Of a stretch of 64,000 nucleotides of DNA, positions 40,395 through 47,202 are shown piece after piece (positions within the stretch are counted from its first letter, which is position 1; each line of letters opens with the position of its first letter). The notes under the pieces are model-generated. The model did no database searches, had not been told where the DNA came from, and saw nothing but the letters and a program-made list of their open reading frames with translations. Made by a program: the position numbers and the translations under genes. The stretch covers positions 50,585 to 114,584 of the forward strand of contig JBFMDH010000017.1 of assembly GCA_040754075.1 (NCBI GenBank), given 5' to 3'. The stretch is from Acidobacteriota bacterium. GTDB lineage: Bacteria > Acidobacteriota > Blastocatellia > UBA7656.

Positions 40395-42311
40395 ATGGGC
40401 GTAAAAGACGGACAATCCAATTCGTGGTGGAATGGCAGAAACGCGCAGAACCTCACTTATCTGCAAAGCAATTTTCCCTGTCGCGCAGCCTGTCCTGTGA
40501 GTACCAATGCCGGAGGCTATGTCAGCCTCATCGCTCAAGGGCATTACAAAGAAGCTTACCTGTTGGCGCGCGCCCCCAACCCGCTGGCGTCGGTGTGCGG
40601 ACGAGTCTGCGCGCATCCTTGCGAAGCCGCTTGTCGGCGCGGACACCTAGACCAACCCATCGCCATTCGCGCCATGAAACGTTTCATCAACGAACGTTTC
40701 GGCATTGAAAGCAGTTGTAGTTTTGAAGAGATTTTGCGCGTCGTTGAACGCCCGCGCCCGCCCGTCACCAACCCCGGACGCATCGCCATTATCGGTAGCG
40801 GTCCCGCAGGACTTGCCTGCGCCCACGACCTCGCTTTGATGGGGCATCATGTCACCATCTACGACGCAGCGCCGATTGCTGGCGGCATGATGCGATTGGG
40901 GATTCCCGAATATCGCTTACCGCGCCAACTCTTAGACCGCGAAATTGCCTTCATTCAATCCCTGGGCGTTGAATTTCGTTTGGGCATAGAAATCGGTCGT
41001 GATGTCACCTTCGCGCAACTCAGAGCCGAACATCAGGCAATTTTTTTAGCGACGGGGTGTCGCAAGGGCAAGATGCTTAACTTGCCCGGCGCGGATAAAC
41101 CCGGCGTACTGACTGCCGTTGATTTTCTGGGGAATTTAAATCTCGGTGTGCCATTAGACCTTGGCAAAGATGTGGTCGTGGTTGGCAGCGGCAATGTCGC
41201 ATTCGATGTGGCGCGCAGTGCCCGGCGTTTTGGCGGGACATCCGAGCCGGATGAAGAGCATCACCACCTGGCGGCTGATGCTGCGGTTGCCGCGTCGCGC
41301 CTGCTGCATAGACAAGTCACTTTGGTGTCGCTCGAATCCCGCGATGAAATGCCCGCCGACACTGAAGAGATCGAAGAAGGCTCACGTGAAGGCATACGCA
41401 TCATTCATCGGCGTGGCCCGAAAGCGATTCTCGGTAATGGTAGAGTCGCCGCTTTAGAAACCATTGATGTGGCGCGCGTGTTTGACGAACACGACAGGTT
41501 TTCGCCTGAATTCATTGCCGATTCGCAAAAACAGATTCCCTGCGACACCGTGATTTTAGCGGTTGGGCAAATCGCCGATTTGAGTTTCCTGGGCGATGGG
41601 CATGGACTTAAAACTACGCCGCAGCAAACTGTCATGGTTGACCCGAAAACTCTGGCGACCTCGGTTGCAGGAATTTACGCGGGCGGCGATGTCGCCTTTG
41701 GACCGCGCATCGTCATCTCTGCGGTCGCCGATGGCAAACGCGCCGCGAAATCCATTGACACCTATTTAACCGGGCGCATGGATGAAATGGAATCGTATAC
41801 CGTGCGCGTCTTTCCGACCTCTGGTTACAACCATCCTTTTGCGCGTGGCGATTATGAAATTATTCCCAGACGCCAGGTTCCGGTGCTTCCCATCGAACGC
41901 CGTCAGGCGCGTGAAGAAGTGGAGTTGTGTTTGACTGAACAGGAAGCGCAAGCCGAAGGCAGCCGTTGTTTGCATTGCTGGGTGAATACGATTTTTGATT
42001 CGTCGCGCGTGCAGGGCAGCGAATGCATTCAATGTGGCGGTTGCGTGGATGTCTGCCCCGAAGAATGCATCGATTTGGTTGCCCTCACGCGCCTCGCGAC
42101 AACTTCCAAAGAAGCGCTGGCAATGCTTCCGAATGGCGAGGTTGCGGAAGTGTTTCAAAGCGCCAATGGCGCGGCGCTGATTAAAGATGAAACTGCCTGC
42201 ATCCGTTGCGGACTTTGCGCGCGACGTTGTCCGACAGGGGTGATTTCGATGCAGGCGTTTTATCGCAAACCCGAAGCGCCGCTCCTGTCCCTCGTAGAAA
42301 AAATTTTGTAA
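40395..42311 (+). CDS. GltD-like NAD(P)H-dependent Fe-S flavoprotein oxidoreductase with a C-terminal 2x[4Fe-4S] ferredoxin domain
   Basis: 638 aa. The N-terminal Cys cluster region resembles the glutamate synthase small subunit (CRAACPVSTN...NPLASVCGRVCAHPCEAACRRG). Dinucleotide motifs are IAIIGSGPAGLACA and VVVVGSGNVAFD. Ferredoxin motifs are CIQCGGCVDVCP and CIRCGLCARRCP. No signal peptide. Confidence 0.8.
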   Translation: MGVKDGQSNSWWNGRNAQNLTYLQSNFPCRAACPVSTNAGGYVSLIAQGHYKEAYLLARAPNPLASVCGRVCAHPCEAACRRGHLDQPIAIRAMKRFINERFGIESSCSFEEILRVVERPRPPVTNPGRIAIIGSGPAGLACAHDLALMGHHVTIYDAAPIAGGMMRLGIPEYRLPRQLLDREIAFIQSLGVEFRLGIEIGRDVTFAQLRAEHQAIFLATGCRKGKMLNLPGADKPGVLTAVDFLGNLNLGVPLDLGKDVVVVGSGNVAFDVARSARRFGGTSEPDEEHHHLAADAAVAASRLLHRQVTLVSLESRDEMPADTEEIEEGSREGIRIIHRRGPKAILGNGRVAALETIDVARVFDEHDRFSPEFIADSQKQIPCDTVILAVGQIADLSFLGDGHGLKTTPQQTVMVDPKTLATSVAGIYAGGDVAFGPRIVISAVADGKRAAKSIDTYLTGRMDEMESYTVRVFPTSGYNHPFARGDYEIIPRRQVPVLPIERRQAREEVELCLTEQEAQAEGSRCLHCWVNTIFDSSRVQGSECIQCGGCVDVCPEECIDLVALTRLATTSKEALAMLPNGEVAEVFQSANGAALIKDETACIRCGLCARRCPTGVISMQAFYRKPEAPLLSLVEKIL

Positions 42312-42326
42312 ACCGAGAAAATAGAG

Positions 42327-42737
42327 ATGCCACTGGTTGATGATTTAAAGATGCCGATTGATGTCCCGGAATACCGTCGCAGAGCTTTTTTGAATGCTAC
42401 AGGGTTGAGCGCAATGGGGTTGGCTGGATTTGGAACCGCGATCACGACAGTTCGTTACCTGTGGGCTGAAGTGCTGTTTGAAGACGAGACGCGATTTAAA
42501 TTCGGCAACCCCGAAGAGATTCCCGTCGGCACGTTGGTATCGCTTCGCGAACAAAAAATTTATCTCTTTCACGACGCGCAAGGCTTCGTGGCGATGACCG
42601 CGACCTGCACGCATCCAGGCTGTTTGACGCGCTATGAAAAAGAGCAGAATCGCATTTTCTGCCCGTGTCACGGCAACCGGTTTACAACTCAAGGCGATGG
42701 ATTCACCAGCACACGTCGCGCCCCTTCGTGCAATTGA
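42327..42737 (+). CDS. Tat-signal Rieske [2Fe-2S] protein (bc-type ligand boxes); the C-terminus may be truncated or frameshifted
   Basis: Twin-arginine motif YRRRAFLNATGLSAMGLAG. Ligand boxes CTHPGC and CPCHGNRF. The ORF stops only 17 codons after the second box. Confidence 0.7.
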   Translation: MPLVDDLKMPIDVPEYRRRAFLNATGLSAMGLAGFGTAITTVRYLWAEVLFEDETRFKFGNPEEIPVGTLVSLREQKIYLFHDAQGFVAMTATCTHPGCLTRYEKEQNRIFCPCHGNRFTTQGDGFTSTRRAPSCN

Positions 42738-42817
42738 CAAAATGATTTTTCGTAACCGACAGGCGAGGTTAAAATGAATCAACTCCTCCATTGCTAATCT
42801 TTCTTGGAGTAAGTCAT

Positions 42818-44392
42818 ATGGCAACTAAATCAATCAACGAATTCCTATCGCGTGAAAGTTTTTTTATCGCAATTTTATTCGGATTTTTAAGTTTTTCGGC
42901 AATCAGCGCATTTGCGCAACAAGATGATTCCGGCAAAAGTACAGCGCAACAAAATCCTCAAACGCCAGCAACCGCGACCGCAAAGCCTGCAACACCCATC
43001 GCGCCCAAGCCGATAAAAATCGGCGACGTGACCTTTTCAGGAAGCGTGCGCCTGAGGCTTGAAAACTGGGATTGGTTTGAAACCTCGGCTGCCGATAACG
43101 ATTACACTTTTGGCGCACTGTTGTTGCGACTATCGCTTGGACAGCAGAAAGAAAAATTCGACTGGCAGGTAGAAGGCGCGTTTCCGGTGTTGATGAACCT
43201 GCCCGAAAGCGCCATCGCGCCCGCGCCGCAGGGGCAACTCGGACTTGGCGCGTCGTACTTTGCCGCAAGCGGTCGGCAGGACGCGAGCGCCATTTTGAAA
43301 CAGGCATTCGTGCGCTTCAAAGGTTTAGGCGGCGACAAACCAAGCAGTTTGCGCATCGGGCGCTTTGAATTTGTCGATGGCGCAGAGACCACGCCTGCCG
43401 ATGCGACGCTTGCGACCTTGAAGCGCGACCATATCGCTCACCGGTTGATCGGCACATTCGCTTTTTCGCACATTCAACGAAGTTTTGACGGCGCGCATTA
43501 TGTTCGCAATACCAGGTTATCGAATTTCACCTTTGTTGCAGCGCGACCAACCGAGGGCGTCTTTCAACTGAATGGCAATAAAGAACTGAACATTGATTTT
43601 TACTACGGCGCGTTTACCCGATTGTTTAGCGGTAAACAATCCCATCAGGAGGCGCGATTTTTTGCTGTGCATTATCATGATGGTCGCGCCGTGTTAAAAA
43701 CCGATAACCGCACACTGGCGGCGCGTCAGGTCGATAGCGAAGATATACGCCTCACCACTTTGGGCGGTCATTATTTGAATGCCAGCAAACTGGGTAGCGG
43801 CACCTGTGATTTACTCTTATGGGGTGTCGGACAATTTGGTGATTGGGGAAATCTCAGTCATCGTGCGGGAGCCATCGCCGCCGAAGGCGGTTATCAATTT
43901 GCGGCAGCGTGGAAACCCTGGGTGCGCGTCGGATATTTCAGAAGCACAGGTGATGGCAATCCTACAGACAATCGCCACACGACATTTTTCCAGATGCTGC
44001 CGACGCCGCGCATCTATGCGCGAATTCCGTTTTACAATCTGATGAATAACCAGGATGTGTTTGCGCAACTCCGCCTCAAACCGCATGCGCGCGTTGCGCT
44101 GCGCACAGATGTTCGCTATTTGCGCCTGAGCAACCGCAGAGATTTATGGTATGTCGGCGGCGGCGCTTTTCAAAAATCGACCTTCGGTTATGTCGGACGA
44201 CCAAGCGGCGGCACAAAAGGCATGGGAACGCTTTTTGATTTCAGTATGGATGTCGCGCTCACCGCGAGAAGCGCCTTGACGTTTTATGTCGGCGGCGTGC
44301 GCGGCGGCGGAGTCGAAAGCGCCATCTATCCGCAAGGCGGCAATCATCCCCAGGCACGATTCCTTTATCTGGAATTTCTGCAACGTTGGTAA
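42818..44392 (+). CDS. outer-membrane beta-barrel (porin-like) protein
   Basis: Start ATG 42818 with a signal peptide (...FSAISAFAQQ). It shows an alternating beta-strand pattern and a C-terminal aromatic residue (YLEFLQRW). Confidence 0.6.
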   Translation: MATKSINEFLSRESFFIAILFGFLSFSAISAFAQQDDSGKSTAQQNPQTPATATAKPATPIAPKPIKIGDVTFSGSVRLRLENWDWFETSAADNDYTFGALLLRLSLGQQKEKFDWQVEGAFPVLMNLPESAIAPAPQGQLGLGASYFAASGRQDASAILKQAFVRFKGLGGDKPSSLRIGRFEFVDGAETTPADATLATLKRDHIAHRLIGTFAFSHIQRSFDGAHYVRNTRLSNFTFVAARPTEGVFQLNGNKELNIDFYYGAFTRLFSGKQSHQEARFFAVHYHDGRAVLKTDNRTLAARQVDSEDIRLTTLGGHYLNASKLGSGTCDLLLWGVGQFGDWGNLSHRAGAIAAEGGYQFAAAWKPWVRVGYFRSTGDGNPTDNRHTTFFQMLPTPRIYARIPFYNLMNNQDVFAQLRLKPHARVALRTDVRYLRLSNRRDLWYVGGGAFQKSTFGYVGRPSGGTKGMGTLFDFSMDVALTARSALTFYVGGVRGGGVESAIYPQGGNHPQARFLYLEFLQRW

Positions 44393-44404
44393 AACAATCA
44401 GCAG

Positions 44405-44434
44405 TTGAAGCCGCCGTGTTGCTTGATGTACAAT
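44405..44434 (+). promoter_or_regulatory. candidate sigma-70-type promoter for tRNA-Met
   Basis: TTGAAG (44405-44410), an 18-nt spacer, then TACAAT (44429-44434), about 70 nt upstream of the tRNA. This is a pattern match only. Confidence 0.3.
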
Positions 44435-44507
44435 CAAGCGTTCTTGCGGAGGTCTAATCGACAGCCTTTCACAAGGAACTATTTGAAGCAGCAGTGCAAA
44501 TTTAAAA

Positions 44508-44581
44508 GGCGGCGTAGCTCAGGTGGTTAGAGCGTGGGATTCATAACCCCAAGGTCAGTGGTTCAAGTCCACTCGCCGCTA
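44508..44581 (+). tRNA. tRNA with CAT anticodon (elongator Met, or Ile2 if lysidine-modified); no encoded CCA
   Basis: Cloverleaf read by eye: acceptor ggcggcg/cgccgct, D-arm tagctcaggtggttagagc, anticodon loop ttCATaa, T-arm ggttcaagtccac. It lacks the C1-A72 mismatch of initiator tRNA. Confidence 0.9.
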
Positions 44582-44595
44582 TCAATCAAATCATT

Positions 44596-44630
44596 AAAAA
44601 GGCAAGTCCGGTAACTTGCCTTTTTTGTTT
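44596..44630. terminator. bidirectional rho-independent terminator between the tRNA and the convergent peptidase gene
   Basis: Stem ggcaagt/acttgcc (44601-44620), flanked by aaaaa on the left and ttttttgttttt on the right. Confidence 0.8.
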
Positions 44631-44659
44631 TTGCATTATGCACACGCTCAGGAAGCCTT

Positions 44660-45709
44660 TTAAAACCGTCCGGCATCGACATCGACAATGAATTGAATGA
44701 CACCTTCGACATAAATTTTCTGGTCATCATAAAGCGCCATATGGCTGCCATTCGGGCAAAACAGATAACGCCCCTTCTGCACCTTCTTTGCCATCATCTC
44801 CATATGCGCGGGGTCCATCGTGTCATATTTCGCGCCAATCACCAGCGTCGGCACCGCGATATTCGGCAAATCATTGGTGCGTTCCCAGGTGAGCAATTTG
44901 CCACTCAGCCCCAGTTCGCTTGGTCCCTGCATGGGAATGTAGACCGCCGGATTCAAGTGTTTGAAAGCCCGATTAACCGGGTCAGGCCACTGGTCAGCGG
45001 GCAGACGCAGTATGTGCTGCACATAGTGGTTCGGAATTAAAAGCTCCATATAACGCGGATTCTCATAATCTTTCTTGGCTTCAATCTGTTTAATCTCCGC
45101 GAGCACTTTTTGATCCATCGCCGGCATCAAGACCTTTTCGGCATACTCATTATAAGCTGTGCCGCTTGCCATCATATTTGAAATAACCAATCCTTTGAGA
45201 TGCTGTTGATACTTCAAGGCATATTCCATAGCCAGGACGCCGCCCCACGAATGCCCCAACAAATAGAAATTGCTTTTATCGAGTTTAAGCGCCTGACGCA
45301 CTTGCTCGACCTCTTCGACAAAACGCGGCAAATCCCAGAGTTCCGGCTCTTTCGGCTGGTCGCTGTAGTAAGAACCAAGCTGGTCATAGTAGTAATACTC
45401 AATGCCTGCCGCCGGAAAGAAACTATCGAAAGCTTCCAGATATTCGTGCGTCGCGCCCGGTCCGCCGTGCAAGAGCAGCACTTTGATTTTCGGGTTATTG
45501 CCAATGCGTTTCGTCCATACCCGGAAAGTGCCTTTGGGGGTGGTGATGGGAATGAGTTTAACGCCGCCGCTTAGCACATCATCACGACCCGTATAATTCA
45601 GATAAGCATTAGTTGCCGGTTGGGTTGCTGCCGGTTGATTGCTGTTGGGCGGATTATTGCAGGCTTGCAGAGCAAGCGCGACAAATGCGAGCAAGAGAAA
45701 TCGCTTCAT
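44660..45709 (-). CDS. proline iminopeptidase-family alpha/beta hydrolase, lipoprotein
   Basis: Trimmed to ATG 45709 (MKRFLLLAFVALALQAC lipobox). LLLHGGPGATHEYL motif and nucleophile elbow GHSWGG. Confidence 0.8.
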   Translation of the reverse strand: MKRFLLLAFVALALQACNNPPNSNQPAATQPATNAYLNYTGRDDVLSGGVKLIPITTPKGTFRVWTKRIGNNPKIKVLLLHGGPGATHEYLEAFDSFFPAAGIEYYYYDQLGSYYSDQPKEPELWDLPRFVEEVEQVRQALKLDKSNFYLLGHSWGGVLAMEYALKYQQHLKGLVISNMMASGTAYNEYAEKVLMPAMDQKVLAEIKQIEAKKDYENPRYMELLIPNHYVQHILRLPADQWPDPVNRAFKHLNPAVYIPMQGPSELGLSGKLLTWERTNDLPNIAVPTLVIGAKYDTMDPAHMEMMAKKVQKGRYLFCPNGSHMALYDDQKIYVEGVIQFIVDVDAGRF

Positions 45710-45945
45710 AGGAAATTTCGCTGCCTCCGTTTTGAGAAGATTGGCTGATTCACCGCGTACTATCCTGAACTTTAGAAAAAATTTCAAGGAGGTTATGAAC
45801 TGAGTCATGCCCAGTGGAAAATGATACGATGACGAAAAAGGCGCAAATCAATGGGATGACCGGAACCGGCGGACTCGAAATTTGCATTGCCATTGAAAGC
45901 TAACACGGCAGAGAAGGCTTGCGCGCGGATAAGCTGCCTATCTTC

Positions 45946-46320
45946 TCAATCGTGTAAATGGAAAACCTTGCTGATGATTTTCCATTCGCCATCAACTTTA
46001 AGCAGCGTGAACATGTCCGTGAAGCGATGACCGGTCCAGTTATCGAGTTCCAGCCGCGCCGTCGCCACTGTGCCGAACAGGTCGATGCTCACAATCCGTC
46101 CTTGAAGTTCGGTTGCCGGACCGTTCTGGTCATTCCAATCAAATAGCCCTTGAATGGCTCCTGCGAATAAATCAGTGCCGATATAACCGAAGATGGTCGC
46201 GTCACTATGGAAAGCCGGTTTCATCTCATCGCCCCTGCCTGATTTGCCGCCGTTGATGTATTGCTGAATGGTGTTGGCAATCGCTTCATATTCGTTAAAA
46301 GTATTTGCAGTGTTAGTCAT
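45946..46320 (-). CDS. NTF2-like (SnoaL / putative lumazine-binding type) protein
   Basis: Trimmed to ATG 46320 with AAGGAAA upstream. 124 aa; the ...FTLLKVDGEWKIISKVFH C-terminus is typical of the NTF2-like fold. Confidence 0.6.
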   Translation of the reverse strand: MTNTANTFNEYEAIANTIQQYINGGKSGRGDEMKPAFHSDATIFGYIGTDLFAGAIQGLFDWNDQNGPATELQGRIVSIDLFGTVATARLELDNWTGHRFTDMFTLLKVDGEWKIISKVFHLHD

Positions 46321-46602
46321 CGCGGGTTTCCTTTCGAGTGTTGATGCATTGGCAGCGCTGTTGCAACCGGTCACAGCAGACCCACTAAGAGGAAATTCCA
46401 GCCTGAAGGTGTTCGGGCATTAGAAAAAATTTTCCCGGTTCTCCTTTGACCAGGTTGTTACTTCAGACAGTTCTCACAGCGTCTTTATATTGGGATAAAC
46501 GGAAAAGCGCGGCAAAAAGGGGAATGAGAGAAAATCTTTTTTTAAAATTTCGGAATCTGCCTTATAATCAGCGCGCAATTCATCCATTTCAAAACAACAG
46601 TA

Positions 46603-47172
46603 ATGACGAACATATCGGCAAATCAGATCACCGAGTGGCTGGTTGAGTGGGGACAGGGGAATCAACTGGCGCTCGAACAATTGATGCCGCTGGTCTATGA
46701 CGAACTGCGGCGTATGGCGCGTCGTTATATGCGCAATCAACCGTCCGGTCATACCCTGCAAACTACGGACTTGATTCACGAAGCTTATTTGAAGCTCGCA
46801 AGCGGCGCAGATAAAGACTGGCAAAACCGCGCCCATTTTTACGGCGTCGCGGCACAAGCCATGCGCCACATTCTGGTTGATTACGCGCGCTCGCGTCAGA
46901 GCCAAAAACGTGGCGGCGCGGTTGAAAAAGTCACCCTCGACGAAACCGCGCTCGCTTCATTTGACAGAGCCGATGAAGTCGTGGCGCTCAATGATGCGCT
47001 GGAAAAGCTGGCGGTTCTCGATGAACGCAAAGGCAGAGTCGTCGAACTCAAATATTTCGGCGGGTTGACCCACGAAGAAATTGCCACCATCTTGAAAATA
47101 TCTTCCGACACCGTAAAACACGACTGGCGATTTGCCCGCACCTGGCTTTTGCGCGAATTATCCAAGCAGTAA
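46603..47172 (+). CDS. ECF-type sigma-70 family factor of the kinase-associated class (Sigma70_ECF / TIGR02999-like)
   Basis: 189 aa with characteristic motifs: ITEWLVEWGQGNQLALEQLMPLVYDELRRMARRYM, HTLQTTDLIHEAYLKL, KRGG, ELKYFGGLTHEEIA, TVKHDWRFARTWL. Confidence 0.85.
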   Translation: MTNISANQITEWLVEWGQGNQLALEQLMPLVYDELRRMARRYMRNQPSGHTLQTTDLIHEAYLKLASGADKDWQNRAHFYGVAAQAMRHILVDYARSRQSQKRGGAVEKVTLDETALASFDRADEVVALNDALEKLAVLDERKGRVVELKYFGGLTHEEIATILKISSDTVKHDWRFARTWLLRELSKQ

Positions 47173-47202
47173 AAGCATCACCGCCGTACCAAAACATGCT
47201 CA

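Noticed and set aside
44508-46400. Genomic island integrated at the tRNA-Met gene
   Set aside because: I noticed no integrase, no direct repeat of the tRNA 3' end, and no compositional break. The downstream genes are ordinary housekeeping or accessory enzymes.
46540-46568. TATAAT at 46563-46568 as the promoter of the ECF sigma gene
   Set aside because: The -35 region (ttttaa) is poor. ECF genes are usually autoregulated from ECF-type promoters, and I could not find a convincing GGAAC-type -35 or CGT-type -10 pair, so no call is made.
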